Positions 45,812 to 56,995 of a stretch of 64,000 bases of DNA are shown one piece after another. Every line of letters starts with the position of its first letter. Within the stretch, counting starts at the first letter, position 1. Under the pieces are notes generated by a model that did no database searches, was not told the origin of the DNA, and was given only the letters and a program-made list of their open reading frames with translations. The DNA is from Strigamia acuminata. Its lineage: Eukaryota. Both the position numbers and the translations under genes were made by a program. The stretch covers positions 32,860,001-32,924,000 of the forward strand of contig OX442314.1 in NCBI GenBank assembly GCA_949358305.1. The letters run 5' to 3'.

Positions 45812-46417
45812 ATGAAAAGAAATGATTGGAAGAAAGAAATTGAACGGGCCGTAAACAACGCTTCCGAGGATGACGATGAAGATCAAGTGGATTTGTTACA
45901 AATCATTGTAAACAACGAAGAGGGAAATTGGGACGAACCCAATGAACCCGATGTCCAACCCGACGTAAGTAAAAAAAAAAAAAAAAAAAATAGAAAAAAT
46001 TCAAGTATCGATAATCAAAAATACGAAATAAGTTCGTGGACTGACCACAAACGAAAAAATAATTAAATTCTCGTCGGGAGGTTTTTTGTCTGTGATGAAG
46101 TTTCGATGGGTTTTGCAGAGGTCGGAGGCGAGCGCTTCATCCAACATCAACGACTACTCCGAGCCCATCGCGCACCAACCAGCATCGCCGAGGCCCAAAG
46201 AATCCACCACACCAATCAAGGTATGTCGGCCTTCCTGCCACCAATTTGGGCCCACGAACGAACGGGAAATCCGCTGGAAGCGCCGGGACACCTACGTTTC
46301 TACTTGAATGAGAGCGAAGACCCCTCGGACTACTCTTCAAGACTGACCACATCTCCCAACCTGGACGAACCAAGTTCGGAAGATAAGCCGAGTTATGCCG
46401 ATAACTTGAAGAAATAA
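45812..46417 (+). CDS. Gypsy-A third gene (short form), unknown function; two same-frame blocks separated by one stop or an intron
   Basis: 45812-45964 is an acidic block ending NWDEPNEPDVQPD|GTAAGT. 46121-46417 encodes HQRLLRAHRAP...HERT...EDP. Both blocks are homologous to Gypsy-B ORF3. Confidence 0.6.
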
Positions 46418-46616
46418 GTAATTAGAAATCGTGACGAGAAGACTGTCTTCTCCAAACTAGGAAATTATTATTATTTGTTTGCGTATCAATTATTTAAGAA
46501 TGTAAAATATTTTATGCACCATTCATCATCATTTAAATAAAAAGATTATTTTATGATTAGATATTGTTCCTCCTTTTATTTAAGGGACCCCGATGATTTA
46601 TTCTCGGGGAGGGACG

Positions 46617-47247
46617 TGTGGTGATTCGGCATCACCTGAAGAAGTAATTAGCGGTGATTATTGTGTTACTAATACTCGCCACTAGAGCGCGCTAGAAATA
46701 CCGACTAGACTGACTAGTCTCGTGTTTCTGCGAACCTGCATAATCGGAAGGATTTGCATATGACGTCATTTCCGGTTAGTATATAACGCCGATACTTGAC
46801 CGGAAACGACACTACAGTTACCACATTTCAGCAAGAGCACCATTTACCTCACCTTTCAGGCCGTTTCACGGATTGATCGAGGACCGGTGCCCGCTGACCA
46901 TCTCAACTGTACAACAGCCACATTTATTTAGCGTAGCCAATCTACGCTAGAATAAATATTCGAACGATATTCGTTTAATTCGCACGAGAAAGCGAATTCT
47001 CGCGTGTTCATAATAACACGTGGAAATACCCTAGACAACAAACATAGACCACGCGTAGGACTAAACAATTGGATCCGCCATTGTTTAGCGGCAACTCGTA
47101 TTCGCAGCCGAATCCGAGGACCAACACAGGAAACATCTTGACTTATATTTGTATTAGTAAGCGTGTTTTAATAAAGCAGTATTTGAAATATATTGTATTC
47201 CCGAGTGTATTATTTATTATCTTTAACCACAAAGTCGAATCACGACA
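46617..47247 (+). repeat. Gypsy-A 3' LTR
   Basis: Matches 37977-38607. Confidence 0.96.
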
Positions 47248-47963
47248 CTCGCTAAAAAGAAATCATTTAAACTTGTGAAAATATGCAAATGATATTATTT
47301 TTGGATAACCAGCCAGCGCTGATTATCTATGAGATGACGTTTTCATTGTGTCATTTTTGACGTACGATGACGACTGACTTTGTGCTGTTTTTGTTTCTAT
47401 ACTGGACGAGGTTAAATTCGAACTTTTGTTTGAACCTACCGTAAATGTTTTTTCCTCTTCGAATAAAAAATAGTTGGAACATTTTTCTTTACGAACGTTT
47501 TTTTGGCCAAACATTTATTTTTGGGCCAAAATTTAGAGTATTTTGGTCTAAAGTTAGATTTATTGGCGATTTTTTAGTCCCATATAAGTGTCTATTGGTT
47601 CCGCCGGGCCGCACAGACCAAAAATATGTAGTTTTTGTTCTAATATGTTGGAGGCATAAAAATGGAGACGCGTGGTTGTTAGGTGAAAATATTAACAGTG
47701 ATGGTTTTAATCTTAAACAGATGTTAAAAAGTGCGTGGAGCACCAAATACAATTCGGGTCACTGATTGGTCAGTGTCAGTGACAGGTGCACAGGTGACAA
47801 AGACACCTGGCGGACAGGAATACAACATTCAATAAACAACACTTCCCCTGAATGGCAATATTCCTACATTTTAAAATTCAAAACATTTTTCTTAAACAAT
47901 TCAGACATTTAAAAAATTAAAGTATTCATTCACAAACAATTCAAATATTAAAAACAATATTTC

Positions 47964-50900
47964 TTAAACAATTTCCTTCAATCCAAATTGGGCGATCAAT
48001 TCTTCGTGTTTTGGCTTAAAAAGCCCCTTGGTCAACACATCGGCGACCATCTTCTCACTCTCCAGGAATTCTATGTCGATATCTCCCCGCTCACATGTTT
48101 CTCGAACGAAATGGTGGCGAATGTCGATGTGCTTGGTCCTGGAATGAAAAATTGGGTTTCGCACCAATTTGTGTGCCCCCTGATTATCGCTATAAATGAG
48201 GGTCGTTTCTTTCTTCTTGTTGATGTATTTAATTTCGTCTAGGAAGTTTCGCAAGTAGATTGCTTCTTTTGACGCGTCGGCCAACGCCATATATTCTGCT
48301 TCGGTCGACGAGGTTGCGACGGTCTTCTGCTTTCTTGCTTCCCAGCATATTGTCGCGTTCGCGAGTTTAAAGCAGTAGCCGGTGTACGAGCGACGGTCGT
48401 CCAAGTTTGCTCCCCAATCTGCATCCGTGTAGCCGACTAAGTCTTTTCCGGTCTTTTCGAATTTTAGCCCGAGATTCGATGAGTGCTTCAAATATCTTAG
48501 GACGCGTTTTGCTGCTGTCCAATGAGTTCCGGTGAAACACGTATTATATTGACTTAATGCGCTGACGGTGTAGGAAATATCGGGTCGAGTGCAAACGGCG
48601 AGGTACATTAGTGATCCGATTAAACTTTGGTACGGGAACTTCTCTGGATCCAGTAGCTCTTCGTCGGTCCCATCCTCCTTTTTTTTGTTTTTCTGCAATT
48701 TCTGATTTGCGTCGAGTGGAGTTGTGTTTTTCGAGCAGTCTTGCATTCCGAAACGATTCAGTATGTCCTTAACGTATTTTTTCTGCGCCATCGTGATTGA
48801 TTTCGTCTTTTCGTCCTGTTTAAACTCGATTCCCAAACAGTAGTGAATTTGTCCTAAATCCTTCATTTTGAACTCGCTCTTCAGGTTCGATTTTATTTTC
48901 TCCAGGTTTCTTTTGCAGTTCGTTGCGATGATAAAATCATCCACGTAGATTGCGACGAGCGTGATGACTTCTCCATTCGTTTGGTAATACACGCATGGGT
49001 CTGCGTTTGTTGGCTTCAGTCCGTGCTTTTGCAACTTCTCGTCCAGTTTTTTGTACCACTGGCGACCCGACTGCTTCAATCCGTATAACGCCTTTTTCAT
49101 CCGGCAGACTTTTCCTTTCTTGATTTTTATTCCAGCAATAAATTCCAAATATTCGGGGAATTCCATAAAAATTTCCTCTTCGATTTCGCCGTTCAAATAT
49201 GCCGTTATCGCGTCCATTTGGTGTACGGTCAATCCCAACTCGGCTGCGATTGCCATCATCATTCGAATTGATCCCGGTCGTGCGACGGGCGCGTAGGTTT
49301 CAAAATAATCAATGCCTGGCTGCTGTGCGTATCCCTTGGCGACCAGTCTGGCCTTTCTGCGTTCGATTGACCCGTCTGCTTCAAATTTCGTGCGGAGGAC
49401 CCATCTACATCCGATTACGTTTCTATTTTTTGGTCGGTCGCACTCCTCCCACGTTTCGTTTTCGATTAAAGCGTCGTACTCTTCCTTCATCGCTTTCATC
49501 CATTCTTGTGGGTCGTTTCCATTCAAAGCTTCGGCCGCTGTCGTTGGATCGTCGAGAATCGCTATCTGTGCAATTTCGTCCAAAACTTCATTAGTTGTTG
49601 TCGGATTCTTTCTGGTGTATTTCTTTCTGGGTGGGTCCCCATTTCGATTTGGGTAAGGTTTTGGCGTTCTCGAGGATCGTCGTGGAATTATTTGCGCGTT
49701 TTCATTCTGACGAGGTTCGGCTTCTTCGTGTTGCGTCTCTCTCTCGTCCTCATTGTCGGGCTCGTTCTCGCCTGCGCTCTCGACTTCGTCCTCGGAAATT
49801 TCGGTTCCATTCTCGATTTGATCTGTTCTGCAATCGGTGAGAATGTCATTAAAATTATTGTTATTATCGTTTTCTTCACATTCTTCATTCGTTTCATTTT
49901 CCGATTTTTCGACAAATTTCACATCGCGACTTTTTATAATTTTGTTTTCGCTTTTTGACCACAAGCGATACGCCTTCGATCCGTCCCAATATCCGATGAG
50001 AATACATTCTTTTGACTTCGGTTCGAACTTCCCCTTGTTCGGTTTCTTGTCCAACGCGAAGACTCTGCTTCCAAAAACTCGAAAATAGTCGACATTCGGT
50101 TTTCTTCCGGTCCAGACTTGATGCGGGATTTCATTTTCCAAACTTCTAGTCGGGCATTTATTTCGGATGTGGCATGCAGTGTTGATTGCTTCCGCCCAAT
50201 ATGAGTTAGGCAATTTTGCTTGCAGTAACATGCATCGTGCCATCTCGATCAAAGTTCTATTCATTCTTTCCGAGACGCCATTTTGTTCCGGGGTTCGTTC
50301 GACGCTGGTTTGGCGCTTTATGCCGTTTTCTTGTAAATATGCGTCGAATCTCTTATTTACATATTCTTTCCCGTTGTCCGATCGTAAAACCTTGAGCGCG
50401 CATCCAGTTTCCTTCTCGCAAAAAGTTTTAAACGACTTGAATGCCTCGAAAACTTCACTTTTATGTTTCAAAAAGTACACCTTGCACCATCTCGATTTAT
50501 CGTCGGTAAACGTCACGAAAAACCTCGATCCATTCATGGACTTCGTTGGCATTGGTCCGCATACGTCCGAGTGCACCAACTCCAATAGTTTTTCACTTTT
50601 TGACACGGAAATGGGAAACTTTTTACTTGCGTGCTTCCCCTCGATGCATGTCTCACAAGTCGGCAGCTTTGCGTCCTTTTCAAAGTCAATTCCGTTTGCC
50701 TTTTCGTTTAGTATTTTCAGACTTGACTCGTTCAGGTGCCCAAGTCTTTTGTGCCATTCTTGTATTTTCGTACTTGCGGGTTTTGCAGGTTTTGATCCGG
50801 TTCCGACTTCGATTTCCGCTGCAGTCGCAGCACCCTCGGTCACGTCGACGATGTAGTACAATCCGTTCCTTTTTTCGGCGGTGAATACGATTTCTCCCTT

Positions 50901-52064
50901 CGGATTTATCACCTCTGCTGATTTATCATCGAAAATCACCTTGTGTCCCCGTTCTGTGATCTTCCCGACTGACATCAAATTCGTTCTCAAATCTCGTACC
51001 AAAAGAGTCTCTGCCAAATCCAACTTCATATTTCCGTCCCCAGTCTTGACGATGATTTTCGCGGTTCCTTTTCCGTCGATATTCGTGCTCGCCTTGCTGG
51101 CCAAATTCAGCTTCTGGTTTTTCAGGAGTTCGATCGTCGAAAATGTTGAATCGTTCGAGCACATGTGGGAGCTGGCGCCGCTGTCCAAACACCAATTTTT
51201 CGGTCGTGACGTCTCGCTTATCAGTGCTGTCTCGATTTGCTCGCAGAAAAATAATTCGTACTTGGACTTCTCGGCTCTTGATGCGCTTTCCTTCTTGCTT
51301 TTACTTCGACAATCGGCGATTTTGTGGCCAATTTTTCCGCAACCGTGGCACTTGTATTTAAAAGCTGGTTTCTCGGTCGAATTCGAATTTTCGTCGCCGT
51401 ATTTCTTTGGTTGCTTACGTTTTTGGAACGTTTTTCTGGCCATCATGGCGTCCGATACGTCTTCTTTCCCTTTTCCGCGGGCGATCGACTCGTCTTTGAT
51501 CTTTCCCTCCAAAACTTCCAGCGATGGCAATTTATCTTGGGATTCTATTGCGCATCGAAAGTTGTCGTAGGAATTTGGCAAACTCAGTAGCAGTAGAATC
51601 GTTGTGAAATCTTCGGGCATTTTAAAATCCATGTCTAGCAATTTGTCTACTAGTTCGAAGAATTCTTTTAGGTGACTCTCCACGTTTTCTCCGTCCGCCA
51701 TCTTGTGTGTCGCGAGTCGTTTTAACAACGTGATTTTTCTTGCCGGTCCTTTCGATTGGTACACACTATGCAACTTCCTCCACAATTCATTTGCGGTGCT
51801 GCAATTTTTGGCCATTCGAAGTTCAGATTGCTTTATATTTAGCAAAATGTCATTTTTGGCTGTTCGATCACTTTTCTCCCACGTCTCGATCTCCTTCATA
51901 CGTTTCGCGTTGCCTTCAATGGTCTCTGGTCGTTTCGACGTACCTTCCGCGTGCACGAGTAGGTCCCGTTGATCCAAAATTGCTTCCATCTGGATCTTCC
52001 ATGTGTCGAAGTTTTCCTTTCCCAACGCCTCGATTCGAGCTGAATTTCCGCCGCCGTTCGCCAT
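47964..52064 (-). CDS. Copia Gag-Pol polyprotein, 1366 aa, intact
   Basis: CHGCGKIGHKIADC, WCLDSGAS, WHKRLGH, SDVCGP, RSDNGKEY, KARLVAKG, LYGLKQS, YVDD, DADWG and ADVLTK in the order PR-IN-RT-RH. Confidence 0.97.
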   Translation of the reverse strand: MANGGGNSARIEALGKENFDTWKIQMEAILDQRDLLVHAEGTSKRPETIEGNAKRMKEIETWEKSDRTAKNDILLNIKQSELRMAKNCSTANELWRKLHSVYQSKGPARKITLLKRLATHKMADGENVESHLKEFFELVDKLLDMDFKMPEDFTTILLLLSLPNSYDNFRCAIESQDKLPSLEVLEGKIKDESIARGKGKEDVSDAMMARKTFQKRKQPKKYGDENSNSTEKPAFKYKCHGCGKIGHKIADCRSKSKKESASRAEKSKYELFFCEQIETALISETSRPKNWCLDSGASSHMCSNDSTFSTIELLKNQKLNLASKASTNIDGKGTAKIIVKTGDGNMKLDLAETLLVRDLRTNLMSVGKITERGHKVIFDDKSAEVINPKGEIVFTAEKRNGLYYIVDVTEGAATAAEIEVGTGSKPAKPASTKIQEWHKRLGHLNESSLKILNEKANGIDFEKDAKLPTCETCIEGKHASKKFPISVSKSEKLLELVHSDVCGPMPTKSMNGSRFFVTFTDDKSRWCKVYFLKHKSEVFEAFKSFKTFCEKETGCALKVLRSDNGKEYVNKRFDAYLQENGIKRQTSVERTPEQNGVSERMNRTLIEMARCMLLQAKLPNSYWAEAINTACHIRNKCPTRSLENEIPHQVWTGRKPNVDYFRVFGSRVFALDKKPNKGKFEPKSKECILIGYWDGSKAYRLWSKSENKIIKSRDVKFVEKSENETNEECEENDNNNNFNDILTDCRTDQIENGTEISEDEVESAGENEPDNEDERETQHEEAEPRQNENAQIIPRRSSRTPKPYPNRNGDPPRKKYTRKNPTTTNEVLDEIAQIAILDDPTTAAEALNGNDPQEWMKAMKEEYDALIENETWEECDRPKNRNVIGCRWVLRTKFEADGSIERRKARLVAKGYAQQPGIDYFETYAPVARPGSIRMMMAIAAELGLTVHQMDAITAYLNGEIEEEIFMEFPEYLEFIAGIKIKKGKVCRMKKALYGLKQSGRQWYKKLDEKLQKHGLKPTNADPCVYYQTNGEVITLVAIYVDDFIIATNCKRNLEKIKSNLKSEFKMKDLGQIHYCLGIEFKQDEKTKSITMAQKKYVKDILNRFGMQDCSKNTTPLDANQKLQKNKKKEDGTDEELLDPEKFPYQSLIGSLMYLAVCTRPDISYTVSALSQYNTCFTGTHWTAAKRVLRYLKHSSNLGLKFEKTGKDLVGYTDADWGANLDDRRSYTGYCFKLANATICWEARKQKTVATSSTEAEYMALADASKEAIYLRNFLDEIKYINKKKETTLIYSDNQGAHKLVRNPIFHSRTKHIDIRHHFVRETCERGDIDIEFLESEKMVADVLTKGLFKPKHEELIAQFGLKEIV

Positions 52065-52171
52065 CGTTTCTTAGTTCTGTTTCTTGTGGAATGTTCGTGT
52101 TAAATTCGTTTTTAACTTCCTCGAATGTTCCGGTACAAAACTTGATGATTTTTAAGCGCAGTGGAAGCGTG

Positions 52172-52185
52172 CTGGGCCCATAACC
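52172..52185 (-). promoter_or_regulatory. Copia-type PBS (internal/half tRNA-iMet primer)
   Basis: GGTTATGGGCCCAG directly after the 5' LTR, as in Drosophila copia. Confidence 0.85.
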
Positions 52186-52726
52186 TGTAGTTTTTGTTCT
52201 AATATGTTGGAGGCATAAAAATGGAGACGCGTGGTTGTTAGGTGAAAATATTAACAGTGATGGTTTTAATCTTAAACAGATGTTAAAAAGTGCGTGGAGC
52301 ACCAAATACAATTCGGGTCACTGATTGGTCAGTGTCAGTGACAGGTGCACAGGTGACAAAGACACCTGGCGGACAGGAATACAACATTCAATAAACAACA
52401 AAATATAAGTTAGTTTGCACCTCAAATTCATTATGTTTTTTAATCACCTAAATATTCTACACACAATATTCGTGAAAGTGGAAAATCATTAATTTTAATG
52501 GTGACATTAGCTGTACTTGTCAAACCCACTCAACTCTCGCAAGGCAGAAGTCGAAGGAAAAGACACGTTGAAGCCACGACTCACTAAATCGAAGTCCCGC
52601 CATACGTCGACGATCACTGTTCGTGTTATTATATCACGGCACGTAGACGTGATCACAAATCTTTTGTATATGAGGCAGTGTATTTCTTGTATCAGCAACA
52701 TTGATTAACACACAGCTAACTTTAAA

Positions 52727-54373
52727 ATGACAACAGCTAATACGAATCAAGCCCGAAGATGTCGCCAACTCATTGCTAATTTTTACAATTCGCGAGAAGA
52801 AGGAAAACCGGACATGGTTGTGCTACGGTGCAACGATGACGAGCGTGTACTCGCCGATAAACGGATATTGGTCGCTGGAAGTGATTATTTCCAAAGAATG
52901 TTCAACCACGGCAACATGGAGAACGAAACCAATATTGCAACATTTCCGGACACATCTTCCGAAGTCATGGAAATAATCGTCAAATTCTTATACGCGCAAG
53001 ATATTCCTGTCCGTGCCGAAATATCTGACACTGTAATGCGGGAAACACTCATTGCCGCTAATAAGATGCAGTTGAACGATCTATTTGACAACTACTGGAC
53101 CGAATATAAAAATTCGGTTAATATAAACAACTTTCTAGACATTTGGCAGCTGGCGGAAATGTTCAACGAAGACGAAACGGTCCAAACAGTTCGACTATTT
53201 GTTTCGCACCACACGAGACTGATCTGCGACACCGATCGACTATGTGCTATCACAACTAACCAAATGACAAGCCTAGCTAGGGTACTGAAAGTGAAAAATG
53301 CAGGCGAGTTGATTGTGTTTTACTTAAATTGGTGGAAACTAAAGTCATCCGCAATGGAAAGCAGCACCGAACACCTTTTGGAATTTATATCTAAATGCCC
53401 TATAAAGGATTTGTCAGACCATTCGCTCCGCATGCTCTTATTATCAGATGCTGTTACTAAATCGGCAGAAGTTTACAGCGCTGTAAGCAAAGTCGCCCTT
53501 TCCAGGTGGTTAGCTACCGCAGCTACAACATCGCTGCAAGTTGAAATAAGTGTCTTCGAAATTACGAGTGGAAGCTGCACCCGTAAGATGTCCTATTTAA
53601 AGCACGAAGAATGGGAATGTAAGGAGGAATGGATTAACGACTTCAGCACAGCAACAGTTCGGTGTCCGGCGTTGTCGAGAACGGGAGAGCCGTTTTACTT
53701 TAACCACATGCCAGATCAAATGGGACTTCGAGCAATTGGAGCGTTTACGGGTAACATTTTCGACCAAGCCGAAGACTTTCCTGTGGATAATGTGTCATGT
53801 GAAACGACGAATCGTTCGGAAATATATTTTAGAAGATCAAGTCATAATTATTCGTGCTTTTTTATAGACTCCAAGCAATGGTTAGTCCTCGATTTCTGCG
53901 ATGACATTTCGGATTTCAAATCTTTGCTTTTGGCAAATGATGATGAGAGTGCTGAGGTGTATTATTTCGATGTGGACGAGTTGCACATAAAAGTTCTTAA
54001 CTTGGCTTTGGGGACTTGTGTAACGAAGGAGAAATTACCGGGCAATTGGCAAAGTGTCATGTGTAAAAATCGAGTCGTAAATTCTTCTGAAACGTTGATT
54101 TTTGTTCAAAAAATCCCTAATAGATCTCTGTTAATTTACGACATCGAAAGTGATAGCTGGAGTGTTGTTCCGTCGCCAAATATTGATGGTGAAGTGTTAT
54201 TCTATGTTTGTTACGACGAAGACTGCCTCATATTCACAAAAACAGATGTGTCGTACAATGTGTATTCGTTAAACACGATGATGAAAGTCAATGAATACAA
54301 GACGCCAACTAATTTTGATGGATGCATCCATTTTGATGTTAGTGTTGCCTCGCCTTGTGACGATGACGACTGA
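52727..54373 (+). CDS. Intronless BTB-BACK-propeller-like protein, 548 aa
   Basis: Full-length paralog of the ORF at 35673. Confidence 0.88.
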   Translation: MTTANTNQARRCRQLIANFYNSREEGKPDMVVLRCNDDERVLADKRILVAGSDYFQRMFNHGNMENETNIATFPDTSSEVMEIIVKFLYAQDIPVRAEISDTVMRETLIAANKMQLNDLFDNYWTEYKNSVNINNFLDIWQLAEMFNEDETVQTVRLFVSHHTRLICDTDRLCAITTNQMTSLARVLKVKNAGELIVFYLNWWKLKSSAMESSTEHLLEFISKCPIKDLSDHSLRMLLLSDAVTKSAEVYSAVSKVALSRWLATAATTSLQVEISVFEITSGSCTRKMSYLKHEEWECKEEWINDFSTATVRCPALSRTGEPFYFNHMPDQMGLRAIGAFTGNIFDQAEDFPVDNVSCETTNRSEIYFRRSSHNYSCFFIDSKQWLVLDFCDDISDFKSLLLANDDESAEVYYFDVDELHIKVLNLALGTCVTKEKLPGNWQSVMCKNRVVNSSETLIFVQKIPNRSLLIYDIESDSWSVVPSPNIDGEVLFYVCYDEDCLIFTKTDVSYNVYSLNTMMKVNEYKTPTNFDGCIHFDVSVASPCDDDD

Positions 54374-55587
54374 TAAACCCTTTTGGTTTTCAGTTTATGA
54401 CATGCCCTTTCGCTTGTTTTCATACTCTCATGGTTTTGCTTCAGTTTTAAATAAGCAAATGATATTATTTTATATTATTTGCTATAATTGTTAAATTTCC
54501 TAGGCTTTGCCATCTCACAACTGTTGTTTAAGAAGAAGCATTAATTTCATCTCATTTTTGCAGTTTGCAATTTTATAATTTGAATAAAAATAAAAAAATT
54601 TAAAAAACTACATTTTACAAATATCTGTATGATGCCTAGATGCTACATACATAACACAAAAAAGATCCAAATTTTCATATTGTAAAATTCTGATAATTCT
54701 GCTCTAAATCTTGATCTCATCTTAAAAAACTCTCACGTGGCGTAAAAATGACATTCTATAAAGCAGCCCCTTGGGCTTCCCTGCAGCACAGCGACATAAG
54801 TATTTCTTATAAAATTTTACTAGCATTTTACTGGTGTTTGCATGAAAATAGAAAATTTTAAGACCTCAAAATAAAGAAATGTCACTCAAGCACCGCGCAA
54901 GTTGTATCTGTACAATGTTAAATTAATTTCCATGAAATAAACATATCCATCTGTGCAGATTATTTACGAATTTCAATCGGCATTCATCAGTTTTAAGCCT
55001 ACTATTAGATCCTAATAATTAATAAATAATGCTAACAATGCACTATACAAAATAATTCATTCCTCTCCTCCAACAATTCAAAATTGAAAACAGAAAAATC
55101 ATCAAAATAATAATAACTATAAAAATATGACTGCTGAATGTATTTTTTGTTTGTGTTGCCAAACAAAACATCCTGAAATCACTTCACATTTATTTTTGGG
55201 GCCAAAATTTAGAGTATTTTGGTCTAAAGTTAGATTTTTTGGCGATTTTTCAGTCCCATATAAGTGCCTATTGGTTCCGCCGGTCCGCACAGACCAAAAA
55301 TATAAGTTAATTTGGACCTCAAATTCGTTATGTCTTTTAATCACCGAAATATTCTACATACAATATTGATCGTGAAAGTGGAAAAACCACTCAACTCTCG
55401 CAAGGCAGAAGTCGAAGGAAAAGACACGTTGAAGCCACGACTCATAAAATCGAAGTCCCGCCATAAGTCGACAATCACTCTTCGTGTCATTATATCACGG
55501 CACATAGACTTGATCACAAATCTTATATATATGAGGCAGTGTATTTCTTGCATCAGCAACATTGATTAACACACAGCTAACTTTAAA

Positions 55588-56995
55588 ATGACAACAGCTA
55601 ATACGAATCAAGCCCGAAGAATTCTTCAAGTCAGTGCTTTTTTATACAATTCGCGAGAGGAAGGAAAACCGGACACGGTTATGCTACGGTGCAACGATGA
55701 CAAACGTGTACTTGCCGATAAACGGATATTGGTAGCTGGAAGTGATTATTTTCGTGCAATGTTCAACCACGGCAACATGGAGAACGAAACCAACATTGTA
55801 TCATTCCCTGACACATCCTCCGAAGCGATGGAAATCATAATTAAATTCCTCTACGCGCAAGATGTTCCGCTCCTTCCACAAATTCCGGACAATGTGTTGC
55901 GAGAAACCCTCATAGCCACTAACATGATGCTGTTGAACGAACTATTTGACAACTATTGGATCGAATATACAAATACGGTAAATGTAAACAACTTTGTCAA
56001 CATTTGGCAATTGGCAGAATTGTTCAACAAACCCGAAATTCTCGAGAAGATTCTACAGTTCGTTTCCCATCACACGAAACTCATCTCCGACTCTGACGAA
56101 CTTGGCAAAATCACAGCTGCGCAAATCGCAAGTGTATTTAAAATGCGAACAAGCCATAATTCTGGCGACTTTATTGCGTTCAAGTTAAATTGGATTATGA
56201 AGTCACCCGGGTTGAATATGACAGACAAGACTAGACGTATCTTGAATTATATATCTCGATCCCGTATAAAGAGTTTGACGGACTATTCGCTTTGCCAACT
56301 ATATTCATCTGACATTGTTACTAAATCAGCTGAAGTGCACAACGCAGTAATCAAAGTAGCTGCACCTAGATGGTTAACAAAGACGTCGAGGCGAGTTGAA
56401 ATATATGCGTTTGAGGTTACCGTTGAAGGGTGCATGCATCATACTTCTTATTTAAACCACGAAGCGTGGGAATATACAGAAAATTGTCCTCACAGCAGCG
56501 CAGCAATGAATTGGTATCCGGTTATTTCGGCAGAAAATGAAGTTATTTACTTTAACCGAACACCAATTGGAATTCAAGCAATTAGAGAGTCCAGGAATAA
56601 GATTTACGACCAACCCGAAGACGTTGCTACGGATAATAGTGATGTTAATGTTGTATGTGAAACCGAAAATCGTTCGGAGTTCTATTTTAGACGGACAAAT
56701 TCCAGTTATTCGGTGTTTGACATTTTCAGAATGGAATGGAATGTCACTAATTTTGATCATGTTATTTCAAATTACAAATGTTTGCTTTTAGCAAACGAAG
56801 AAAGGTTGTTATATTTTGATGTGGACGAATTGCACATAAAGATATTTAACCCGTATTCGGGAACTTGTGAAACGAAAGTTAAATTACCGGGCAATTGGCA
56901 AAGTGTCAGGTGTAAAAATCGGGTTGCAGTTTGTTGGACTGAAACGTTGATATTTGTTCAAAAAATTCCCTATAGCGCTCTGTTAATTTACAAGG
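55588..56995 (+). pseudogene. BTB-BACK-propeller-like gene interrupted by Gypsy-B
   Basis: Homology stops at ...SALLIYK. The LTR starts at 56996, and the ORF reads through LTR sequence to a stop at 57093. Confidence 0.88.

Larger units (their letters stand above)
37977..47247 (+). mobile_element. Full-length Ty3/Gypsy LTR retrotransposon (Gypsy-A), recent insertion
   Basis: 631-bp TG...CA LTRs, identical by eye. 4-bp TSD CTCG; empty paralogous site at ~34337. tRNA-Pro-like PBS, PPT at 46606-46614, and gag plus PR-RT-RH-IN order. Confidence 0.97.
47627..52400 (-). mobile_element. Full-length Ty1/Copia LTR retrotransposon, recent insertion
   Basis: 215-bp LTRs (47627-47841, 52186-52400), identical by eye. 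5-bp TSD AAATA; empty paralog at ~55298. PBS GGTTATGGGCCCAG; PPT at 47842-47850. Confidence 0.97.

Noticed and set aside
47988..52311. Many antisense and overlapping ORFs over Copia, Gypsy, hAT and BTB coding regions
   Set aside because: Shadow ORFs of long coding sequence with no recognisable motifs.
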